Position numbers and translations under genes: made by a program. Shown one piece after another: positions 50,360-61,100 of a DNA stretch of 64,000 nucleotides (its first letter is position 1; each line of letters opens with the position of its first letter). The notes under the pieces are model-generated. The model was not told the origin of the DNA. It saw only the letters and a program-made list of their open reading frames with translations, and made no database searches. The DNA lies in NCBI GenBank assembly GCA_013265495.1, contig MU058444.1, forward strand, positions 2,666,001 through 2,730,000, written 5' to 3'. Source of the stretch: Vicugna vicugna (Eukaryota).

Positions 50360-50795
50360 GGATATAAATGAAACAGACACTAAAAAAAAAAAAAAATAGA
50401 AAAGATCAATGAAAGTAAAGCTGGTTCTGTGAAAAGATAAATAAAATAGACAAACCATTAGCCAGAATCATCAAGGAGGAAAAAAAAAAAGGACCCAAAT
50501 AGATAAAATCACAAATGAAAGAGAATTTACAAACAATACCACAGAAGTACAGTCATAAAAGACTACTACAATTATATGCCAACAAATTGGACAACCTAGA
50601 AATAATGGATAAGCTCCTAGACATACACAATTTTCCAAAACTGAACCAGAAAGAAATAGAAAATCTGAACAGTAATCAGAAAACACAAGTCCAGGACCAG
50701 GTGGCTTCACAGAGGAATTCTACCAGATACTTAAAGAAGAGTTAATACCTGTCCTCAAACTATTCCAAGAAATTGAAGAAATATTTTCAAACATA
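50360..50795 (+). mobile_element. L1 ORF2 fragment (between EN and RT), sense
   Basis: Translates to KINKIDKPLARI and [17 protein letters not shown] (ORF 50515-50745). Confidence 0.88.
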
Positions 50796-51016
50796 TTCAA
50801 CAAGTAGCATGTTGTGCAGCCTCCATGTGTTCTTGCTTTTCTAATTTTCTTCTTGTAACTGATTTCAGGTTTCATACTGTTGTTGCTTGCTGGGAATTCA
50901 GTCTTCTTTAGTTTATTGAGACCTGCTTTGGGGCCTAGCATGTGATCTATCCTGGAGAATGTTCCATGTGCCCTTGAAAAGAATGTGCATTCTTCTGCTT
51001 TTCAATGGAATGTTTT

Positions 51017-51072
51017 ATCTATCTCTCTATCTCTCTATCTATCTATCTATCTATCTATCCTATCTATCTATC
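51017..51072. repeat. (CTAT)n microsatellite
   Basis: Imperfect tctatctatc run. Confidence 0.9.
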
Positions 51073-51559
51073 TGCCTACCAAGTCCATCTAGCCTAATGT
51101 GTTGTTTAAGGTCACTGTTTCCTTATTGATTTTCTGTCTATCCATTAATGTAAGTGGGGTCTTAAAGTCCCCTACTATTACTGTATTACTGTCAGTTTCT
51201 CCCTTTATGTTTGTTAGTATTTGCTTTATATATTTACATGCTCCTATGTTGGGTTCATAAGTATTTACAAATAATATATTTTCTTATTGGAGTGACCTGT
51301 TTATCGTTATGTAGTGTCCTTTGTCTTTTGTTACGGTCTTTGTTTCAAGAAATCTTTCATCTGATATAAGAATATTTACCCGAGCTTTCTTTTCATTTTC
51401 ATGGAATATCTTTTTTCATCTCTTCACTTTCAGCCTGTGTGTCTCTTTAGATCTGAAGTGAGTCTCTTGTAGGGAGTCTATTAGATAGGTCTTACTGTTT
51501 TTTATCCATGTAGCCACCTTATATCTTTTTATTTGAGAGGTTAGTTCATTTTAATTTTA

Positions 51560-51745
51560 AGTATTTTTTGTTTGTTTGTTTTTGGTAGGGGAGAGATAAT
51601 TAAATGTTTTATTTATTTATTATTGTTTTATTTAATTATTTTTATTTGGGAAGAGAGGTAAGTAGGTTTATTTATTTTAGTGGCGGTAATGGGGATTGAA
51701 CCCAGGACCTCTTGCATGCTCTACACTGGAGCTATACCTTACCCT
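51560..51745 (-). mobile_element. tRNA-Ala-derived SINE (Vic-1-like), antisense, nested in L1
   Basis: ggggattgaacccaggacctcttgcatgct..ctacactggagctatacc; tail region appears partly duplicated. Confidence 0.8.
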
Positions 51746-54700
51746 CTAAAGTAACTGTTCATTGGTATATACTTACTGCCATTTTGTTATTGTTTTCTGG
51801 TTGTTTTTGTGGTTCTTCTCTGTTCCTTTCTTCTCTTGTTCTCTTCTCTTGTAGTTTAATGATTTTCTTCAGTGTTATGTTTGGATTCCTTTATTTTTTG
51901 TCTATCTCTTGTACGGTTTTGGTTTGTCATTACCATGAGGTTCATATATGTTGACCTATACATATATAGAGCTGTTTGTTTTAACTTGATATTTGCTTGA
52001 GTTCAAATGCATTCTAAAAGCATTACATTTTTGTTTCCTCCTCATGTTTTATGTCATACTTTACATCTTTTTACTTTGTGTATTTCTTAACTGTGTATTA
52101 TAATTATGGTTGATTTTATGACTGATTTCTTTCAGTGTTAATACTAGCTTTTTAAGTGGGTAATCCACTGTCTACTATATATTTGCCTTTAGCTGGGAGT
52201 ATTTTCTCATTTTTAAGTATAGCCTTTTCTTCTTAAAAAACCCTCTAACATTTCTTGTAAGACTGGTTTAAAAAGTGTTAATGAACTCTTAGTTTTTTCT
52301 TGTCTGGGAAGCTCTTTCCCTCTCTTTCAGTTCTGAATGAGACCCTTGCTGGGTGGAATATTCTTGGTTGTATGTTTTCCCCTTTCATCACTTTAAATAT
52401 ATCATGCCACTCCCTTCTGACCAGCAGAGTTGCTGCTAAAAAGTCACCTGGTAGCCTTATGGGGGGTTCCTTTGTATGTGGCTCAATGTTTTTGTCTTGC
52501 TGCTTTAAAATTCTCTCTCTTTAAATTTTCCCATTTTAATTACTATCTGTCTTGGTGTGAGCCTCTTCAGGTTCATCTTGTTTGGGACTCCATGCGTCCT
52601 GGACCTGGATTATGTTTCTTTCTCCAGTATAGAGAACTTTTCAGCCATTTTGTTTTGGAACTAAGTGTTCTGCCGCTTTCTCTTTTTCCCTTCTGGGACC
52701 CTATAATGTGAATGTCAGTGCTCTTGATGTTGTCCCAGAGTTCCTTAAACTGTTCTCATTTTTAAAAATTCTTTTTTCTTTTAGCTGTTCTGATTGGATG
52801 AGTTTAACTAGTCTCACTTCCTTGTTGCTTATGTGGTCTTCCGTGTTATCTAATCTTCTGTTTATTCCCTTTAGTGTATTTTTCATTTCAGTTGTTGTAT
52901 GTTTTAGCTCTGATTTTTGTTTTCATATTTTCAAACTCTTTTCATTGAAAAGTTCTCATTCTGTTCCTCCATTCTTCTCCTGAGTTCTGTGAGCATCTTT
53001 GTGACCATTGCTTTGAACTCTTTATCGGGTAAGATACTTATCTCCATTTCATTAGGGTTTTTCTCTGGGATTTGATCTTGTTCTTTTGTTTGGAAGAAAT
53101 CTCTCTGTCTCCTCGTTTTGTTTCACTTCCTGCATTTGTCCTTATGAGTTGGATGGAACAGTTACCGCTCCTGGTTTTGAAGGTGCGGTCTTATGTAGCA
53201 GTGTCCTCAGTGTAGGCTGTGTGTGCTACTTGGCTTTGGCTGCCTGGGTGGAGCTGCTGTGTGGCTGGGCTGGGGCTTTTCCAGGACACGCTGGGGCTGC
53301 CGACTTGGGTCGGTTGGTGCTGGAGTTGGCGTGGACTTGGGGTTTGCTGGGGTGGCCCCGGCAAGCTGTCTAGAACACCAGGCTCTTTTTAAACCCTGAC
53401 TCTGTGCTGGGACTCCCAGTGAGTGAATTTGTATGTGAGCCCTTTAAGAGTGGAATTTCAGTTTCCTATAGCCCTCCAGCTGTCCCGCATGTAAACCCTG
53501 CTGGTTCTCAAAGCCAGTTAAGTGGACTCACCCACCCAGTGCCAGTCCCCAGGTCTGAGGTGTCCGATATGGGGCTCAAAGCCCTCGCTCCTTAGGGAGG
53601 ACCTCTGAGTCTGTGGTGTCTTCTCCTGCTGCACTGGAGGTGTGGGTCTTAACTGGATGGTGTCTCTGCCCCTCCTGCCCTTCTCAGTGTGCTTTTTCCT
53701 TTATATCCTCAATTGCACAAGAGCTGTTCTGCAGATCTTCAGGTCCTTCTCAGAGAGATTGTTCTGTATGTAGGTGTAGTTTTAGCGTATTTGTAGGAGG
53801 TGAGCTCAGGCTCTTCCTTCTTCACCGTCTTGATCACATGGGTCAGAAACCTTTCAGTGCATTCCTGGAAAAAGCCCAGGAAAACAAGCTGATCAAAATG
53901 TACATCACCAGTAATAGTAATAAATACTTACCATTTATTAAAGGCCTGCTCTATTTAGGCCTGTTCTAGGCAGTTTACATACTTTACTTGATTTAATTGT
54001 GACAGAAAGTACATGAAACATATTTTTTTCACTTTACCAATGAAGGAACAACGTGTTAAGAGCTTAATTTGCTTGTTTAAGATTTGAACTTAGGCCTCTG
54101 CAATTATAAAAAACTACACACTTTCTGTCCTTGTACTCTGCTCTTATAATTATTCCACTGAATCTGTTCTCACTCCTACATAAGATCCTTTGTTAGAAGC
54201 AGGAGGCTGTTTAATCTTATCTTGTTCTTTGAGAGGAAGATTTTTTCCTAGGTATCCAGTAGTTAACCTCATTAGGGGAGCTTGAGAAAATGAAATATGC
54301 TCATATTTTTCACGGTAGTGTTTATACTGAAAGGAGAAGAGGATAGCACGATTATTTTAGAAATTTGAAATAAGTCAGTAGAAGTTTATAATAATTAGCA
54401 AAGTTTTAGTCAGGCATCTTGCATTTTTCAGCGAGAAGTTTCTTTGGTCTTGTAAGTTATGTTTATTATTAAATGGATAAATGAAGGTTTAGAATGTGTG
54501 TGACAAATGGATGAACTTTTTAATTCACCAAGGAAAAACAACATATTTACTGAAAGGCTATAACATAGGAAATGACATTAATTTTAGATAGAATGTGCAT
54601 TATTCAGAATGCACCTGGTTACTTTGGGTGAACAGTTTAGAAACACATCGAATTCCTTAGAGTTTTATTCATTATTTCTACTCTGTGGATCTGAAGAGTG

Positions 54701-56388
54701 CAGGATTCTTTGCTCACATGTCTGTCCTCACATGAAGGCTGAGAAACCTGTGGTTCCTCCGTCCCTAGTCCTTCAGGGCCCCAGAGAGGAGGGGATAGTT
54801 TATCCACTTTTGGCAGAGTCTCTTTGAAGTTGCTTTCCCAGAGTTAGCAAAAATAAAAGTCTCTTTCTCTCGGACTTGTTTCCCCCTCCCGTTCCCCTCC
54901 TCAGATCCCCTTTTAGAGTTTTCCATTCATACGGATATCATTACCCTTGTCTTTTATTTCCTTTTGCATCCTAGCATAGTTATTACCTATGCACTTTATG
55001 AGTCTTTTTCTTCTGTCTTTTTGCTCACAAAGCGATGTTTTATTATTTGCCGTGTTATAAAATACAGTGTACCTGATGCTGTGTGAAAATGTATCTGCAG
55101 GAGTCCTCTGGGGCAGGCTGTGAATGCACGTTCCCCAGAGAGGACCTGAGTTTTCTTCTGCCAGGCGTCTGGGGCGTTTGATGCGGGGACAACCTTAAAA
55201 CCAGTTCAAGGCTTGCAATTTCCTTGAAGACCCATGGTTTAGAGCAGGAGGCTCTCTTGTTAGATACCCCACTTCAAGTGGGCCTGACTCTGTATATTAA
55301 TCCTCTGTGCTTTAAAGAAGATGCTTTAAAAATTTTTACCAGTGTATTTTCTTTGATTTCTCTGAGAGCTTGATCTGAATAATGTAGCTTGCTTTACTGA
55401 AACATCAAGTTCTACTGCACTTTATTTAACCAAATACCTGTTGTTGGGCATTCAGTTTAAAAAAAAATTATTCCAAATAACTTTGTGATGAAGAGAAATT
55501 TTTCCTGTATTTGTTCTGTTATTAAGTTTAATTCTGGAAGTAAAATCGTTAGGGTCTACATGTTTTAAGGGTTTATGAGGTACATTGTCAAAGTGCCCTG
55601 CACAAAGAGTGTCCCAACCCCGTGGATTCAAAATCGTTTTAACTTTTGCCATTTTAGTAGGTAGAGAATAATGCTACATTATTATTTTTAATTTCCTTTT
55701 ATTATTTCCACTTCTGTGAATCTTGGCTGCGGTTTACTTTTGGATTACTAGTTGTTACGTCCTGCTACTTAGGGGGTGTGTTGAGAGTAATCAGATGTCA
55801 TATGACATAAATGTTTCCCACAGTTTGTCATTTATATTTCATCTTCACGTATAGATCTTTTACTTTTCTGTACAGAAGTTTAAAATTTGTATCTACTCAG
55901 CTCTGTCAATCTTACAGGAGATAACAGAGCTATTGTTGTCCCTACAAATAACTAGTGCTTTAGGTTTGGAATTGTTTTATGTGGCTAGAAAGTTCAGAAA
56001 TAGTTAAACCGCTCTTAACTGCAAATAGAGATTTTAATAAATTAACATAATCCCAAATTGGGATAACGCTCATATTTAGTCTCTGTTACCTTGATTTTTA
56101 TTGTAACTTCTTTCTTACTATAATACTTTCTGTTTCCCTGCTACTGTTCTTTTGATATGTGCCCTCAGAGATCGTCAGAGTAGAAATTTGAAAGTATATT
56201 AAGTTTTCTTCCCTATTTGGGCTTCATTAATGATAGCAATGATTTAGTAATATTAGGGATGACTTGACATATCGGGTTTTAACATTTTTCAAAAAAGTAT
56301 AGTATCTTCCCTGGAACAGGGAAGTATTTTATTGAAACTGAAGGAAGAGTTTTAATTTTTAAGTGATAAGAAATATGTTTCCTTTTAG

Positions 56389-56493
56389 ATAAGTGATGGA
56401 GAGAAGACTCTCCGAGAACAGGATCTCATCGCTTCATCACCCAGCTTAAGCGCTCCATCACCCACTCAGCTGGACTTGGAGTCAGTTTATAAG
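56389..56493 (+). CDS. PRIM2: PRIM2 exon 6, ISDGEKTLREQDLIASSPSLSAPSPTQLDLESVYK
   Basis: Acceptor ccttttag ending 56388; donor GTATGT at 56494; 105 nt, phase 0-0. Confidence 0.95.
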
Positions 56494-58360
56494 GTATGTA
56501 AACTTTTGAAATACTTCTTAGGTTTTGTTATGTATATCACATTAGGCTTATCTATGTGTTTAATTAACCCGTTCGTATCGCCTCGTGTCGGCACAGCCTC
56601 TCCCTCTCCTGCTCGGGTCACGTTCACCCGACCAGGGAAGCACCACCTTTCTGTGCTGGGCTGTCCTCGCTGACCCCCTTCCAACCCTCACTGCTGGCCA
56701 GTCTCTTGAAGCAAGTCCTCCCTTTTGTCCCTGTGCTCGGCTTCTGTGCCCCACGATGGGTGCCCTGGCAAGGGTCCTCTCGTCACCCCCTGGCCGTGAC
56801 TTCTTGTTCTGTATCCCTGCCTGGCGCGGGAGGCTGTCTGTGCCCGTGTGCCCACGGGCCTGGCACCGGGCCTGGACTGAGTGCCCTCGTGCACAGTCTC
56901 ATCTGTCTGGGCCCTGCTGCCTGCTTGCTCTCCCGCCGCAAGGCCTGCCTCCCCCACTCAGGTTCCAGCCCCTCGCCCTGGGCCACCTCTGTCTCCCTCT
57001 GCCCCTCAGCCCGGACACCTGCTTTGCTTGAACCCACTGGGTGGCTTTGGGACTGAAGAGGTCCAGAACGGGGGGAGGGGGGCTGAAATTCATCTTAAAA
57101 TTCGATAGCTCCTGCACCACCGATTCCTCTGACAAGAGTGGCTGCTTCTTGGTGGGTGCCAGGAGTCTAGAATCCTGCCTCCACGTTGGCGCTGTTATGA
57201 CCTCCCTGTGGAAGCACGCAGCCTTCCACGTGCAGAGCGAGGCCCTCAGCATTCCTCCTCCCACACCACGCATTGCCCTCACATCAGCCTTTGCTTCTGC
57301 TTGGGCATCTCCACCTCCACCGTGACCCCCTCATAAGCTGGAATCATGGAATATTGGAGCCGAAGAACCCAGCCCTCAGGGGCGTGTAGACCATCTCTCC
57401 GCCCCTTGCCTGGGTTTATAGACCTGGGGGTTTAGGAGTGTTCGTTGAGGGTCCCGGAATCCCAAGTCTAGTCAGTGAAGAGCGTGGACTAGAACCCACT
57501 TTTTCAGACTCTCTCCTTCTCTTGCCTGGATTAGTGCACTAAATCCTGGCACCCCCGTCACGTGTCCTGTGTGAGCTCCTGTCTTGGGCTGGGGCACCCC
57601 AGCTGCTCTGCAGAGATGCCTGACTTTCCATGTGTGTCTGTCTTGTTTCCTCAGCTAAGCACTGAACCTCCTCAGGGCAGGGGCTGTGTGCTGGTTGTAG
57701 AAATCTGTAAAAGAATCAAACCTTTCTGTAAAAACACATGATCTGATGCCGTGTGGTGTCACTGAGTATGTAGAAGAATCATGGGCATACAGACTTAACT
57801 CTTTCCTAAAACTTGGGTGAACAAGCAATTTGAGGATTTTTTTTTAAACCTAATTTTTTACATCATTTTTAAGAAGGAGAAAAACTTGAAGAGTAAGAAT
57901 GATTTTCACAATTTACTGATACCGTAATCTGCTCATCTCTTAGAGTTTTACGATAGTCATAAGACTTTAAAAATAGCATGAGGTTTTTAGAAAAATATTT
58001 CCTGGCAAATATTTATTTTCATAAGAAAACTGGACACTTATTATTTCTATTTCTTAGTGTTGAGATTAGCTTTCCCAATATATTTCTCTAGAGAAAAAGT
58101 AGAAACATAGATGAAGGGATTTGGAATTACTTTTACTTATGAGTAATTTTTAGCATTGGACATAGTGTATACTCTTTGGATTCTGCTTGATGAAGAATAA
58201 AATGTGGAATATGTCATAAGAAGGGACTGCAGGGTACTCAGAGGGCTTTGAAATCCTGGTGATTATAATTTGTAAACTCATGAGTTAAGAGTAAAAATAA
58301 AATTTTCTAACTTGGCTTATTTTTAAAACATCTACTTTGAAACAAGCACATGTTTGGATA

Positions 58361-58482
58361 GGGGGAGGGTATAACTCAGTGGTAGAGCACTGCTTGGCAT
58401 GCATGAGGTCCTGGGTTCAGTTGCCAGTCCCTCCACTTACAAAATAAATAAATAAATAAATCTAGTTACTATCCCACCTCTG

Positions 58483-58513
<31 letters not shown>
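58361..58513 (+). mobile_element. tRNA-Ala-derived SINE (Vic-1-like) with long poly(A)
   Basis: gggggagggtataactcagtggtagag...ggttcagttgcc; uninterrupted A-tail 58485-58513. Confidence 0.88.
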
Positions 58514-58516
<3 letters not shown>

Positions 58517-58675
58517 ATTGTTAAGAGTATAAATTGATCTTTGCATTTTTTTTTTTTTTTTGATGTGCTGGGACTAAGGACCTTCTCTTAGGACGGATTT
58601 TGTTTGGACTTGGCATGAAGACTAGAAGGATGTTGTAATGACTGACTTATTTTCCCTGTTTGACTCTGAATTCAG

Positions 58676-58813
58676 ATCCCTTTTGCGGATGCCCTGGACT
58701 TGTTCCGAGGAAGGAAAGTCTATTTGGAAAATGGCTTTGCTTATGTACCACTCAGGGACATTGTGGCGATCATCCTGAATGACTTTAGAACCAAACTGTC
58801 CAAGGCTTTGGCG
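58676..58813 (+). CDS. PRIM2: PRIM2 exon 7, [17 protein letters not shown]...SKALA
   Basis: Acceptor gaattcag ending 58675; donor GTAAGT at 58814; 138 nt, phase 0-0. Confidence 0.97.
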
Positions 58814-59735
58814 GTAAGTATTTACTTTGTTTCCATGTTTCCATCTTCACTTTATTTCCATGTGTTCACATTTTTCACTTACATACTCTTGATAGTTTTG
58901 TTCTCTATCTTCTTAAGAAATAAGTTAACTTAATTTTTATGATGATACTCAGATTGCTCATGATGCTGTACTGTTATTTCTAGAACTTCTATATTTTTGT
59001 TACTACCCATTGTTATTTTGCCATTTTTTTCTTTCTCATACTAATACTAATGGTGAGATGATTAATTTTGTGAATAGCCTCTGTGTCTTCAAAGATGTAT
59101 CTTTTTTTCCTTGAAAATGGATTTCATATATGGTCCTTAACAATTAGCGTGGCCTGCGGTGGATACACCCCCAGATTTCTGTTCTAAATTGGTATTTTGT
59201 GTCAGTGGAAGGCAATATAGAACAAAGTCTTTATATTTAAATACTAAAGACAGTTATACGTTAGTGCTACAATAAACAAGCCACTGCTGGGCGAAATCGG
59301 AGGCAGCTGAGTTGAATAAATGATATAATCAGTACTTTTAAAGAGATTTGTTAAAAGCAGACACTTAAATGATAGCATCATAAAAGTATACAAATTTTTC
59401 ATAGCTGTTGTCTTTTAATCTGAATCTGAGTTTCTTTTATACTTTTGTAGGGGTACTTTTTTGTGTACTTAATGTTTAGTACATAACTTCAAAGTTACGC
59501 TCTTTTTAAGCTGTACTGATTACAGTGTACACCAAGTCCAGCCTTTCCTTTTGTGTTAAAACTTGTAATTATTTTCTGGTATAAGTAATTTTTATTACTG
59601 ACTCCCTGGAGTTACCTACACAGGTATAATTCAGCTGTGTCAACATTTGGGAAGACTTAAATATTAACTGTGGTTTTATTAAATGAGGCAGTTTATGAAA
59701 ACACCAAGCATAATCGGCGTTCTTCCTCTTCTCTA

Positions 59736-59738
<3 letters not shown>

Positions 59739-59772
<34 letters not shown>
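59739..59772. repeat. (TG)n microsatellite
   Basis: Perfect TG run of about 17 units. Confidence 0.95.
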
Positions 59773-59773
<1 letters not shown>

Positions 59774-60218
59774 CTATCCTCGGTAACTTAGTGTTTTTGC
59801 ACAGTTTCCTGACTGTTTAGTAGTAGTTACCACTGTGACTTACCCTGGACTGTGAGGTACGTGCAGGTAAGGTCAGTGTCCCACCACTGAGAGTCTCTGT
59901 GGCGGATGCTCACGTCTGCCTGTTGGTTGGCAGTTCCCCTTCTTTTATTAAGACTGGTTTTGTTCACTCCTCTCTCTCGACATTTTGAATAGCACTTCTT
60001 CGTGGGAGGCAGGCCTTTACTTTTCAGGACATTGGGCATCTCACCCACCCAATGCCAGTCTTGGTCCCCTGGCCCCAAGACGGCCACACACATCACCGTG
60101 CATTTCAGGAAGCTCGTGGTACCGTCTCGAGCTGATACTGGCTGTTTCCTTCTCCTTCCAAATTCTGACTGAAAGTATAAGCAACTGTTTGAGGGGGTTT
60201 TTGAGAAGAGTTTTCAGT

Positions 60219-60358
60219 GGAAGGAGGGTATAGCTCAGTGGTAGAGTGCCTGCTTAGCATGCAGGAGGTCCTGGGTTCAATCCCTATTCCCTCCACCAAG
60301 AAACATATACATAAAACAAACAGAATTGCTTCTCCCCTGTCAAAAAAAAAAAATAATG
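60219..60358 (+). mobile_element. tRNA-Ala-derived SINE (Vic-1-like)
   Basis: gagggtatagctcagtggtagagtgcctgcttagcatgcaggaggtcctgggttcaatccc plus A tail. Confidence 0.88.
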
Positions 60359-60619
60359 AATGAAGAAAGTTTTCCTTGCTGGTAAAAATGATCTGAATTT
60401 TTTCCTACTTTTTCTGGGCAGAAGATGGAGTATCTAAATATGCCGAGATTAAAGATATAAAACACTATGATTTTCTAAGTTAGTAATTCACTTTTTTCAA
60501 CAAATTGCACTGAATCTTTATATTGGTAAAAAATATAGCATATGGATTTTGAATTCCTTTCTCCTACCTGACCTCCTGCTCGTTCTTTCTTGCTTCAACA
60601 TACAGTTTAAAAATATATA

Positions 60620-61100
60620 TAATAATTTTTTAGAATTTTGAAACAATCAGAAACTTACAGAAAAATTGCAGATAAAAACAGTAACTTTTCCCCTAAACCA
60701 TTTGAGATTAAGTTCCCAACCTGATACCTCATCACCCCCAATACTTACGTCCTGCAAATAAGGATGTCCTCCCACGTTACCTCAGTTTAGCTGTCAATGA
60801 GAAGTTAGTGTCAGTACGTGACAACCACCTAATCCTCAGACCCCGTTCAGGTTTCACTACTTGTTTCAATCACGTCCTTTACTTCAAAGGGACCTAACTC
60901 TTAATCACATGTGCTACTTACGTATGTCTTCTTAGTCTCCTTTGGTCTGGACCAGGGTCTTAGTTTCTCCTTGACTTTCGTGACTGTCACTTTTGAAGAT
61001 TACAGGCTGGTTATTTAAAAAATAAAGTCAAGTTCCCACCTTGAGCAGGAATATCGTAGAGGTGATGCTGTTCTTTGCACTGCATCCTAACAGGTGACAC
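60620..61100 (-). mobile_element. Ancient L1MC-type 3' UTR remnant
   Basis: aacttacagaaaaattgca...aaccatttgaga...aataaggatgtcctcc blocks. Confidence 0.6.

Larger units (their letters stand above)
50796..53836 (-). mobile_element. Antisense L1 5' half (5' UTR, ORF1 remnant, ORF2 endonuclease remnant)
   Basis: 5' UTR at about 53836-53100 resembles 5529-5970; ORF1 coiled-coil MKNTLKGINRRLDNTEDHIS (52701-52886); EN end MLGPKAGLNKLKKTE (50720-50941). Confidence 0.88.

Noticed and set aside
56560..57325. Nine overlapping ORFs on both strands
   Set aside because: By-product of local GC richness; no recognisable protein.
60219..60297. Apparent tRNA-Ala(AGC) genes here and at 370, 18776, 27010, 51560, 58361
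   Set aside because: Each has a shared non-tRNA tail and A-rich end, at least one has a clear TSD, and stems are mismatched: SINE copies, not tRNA genes.
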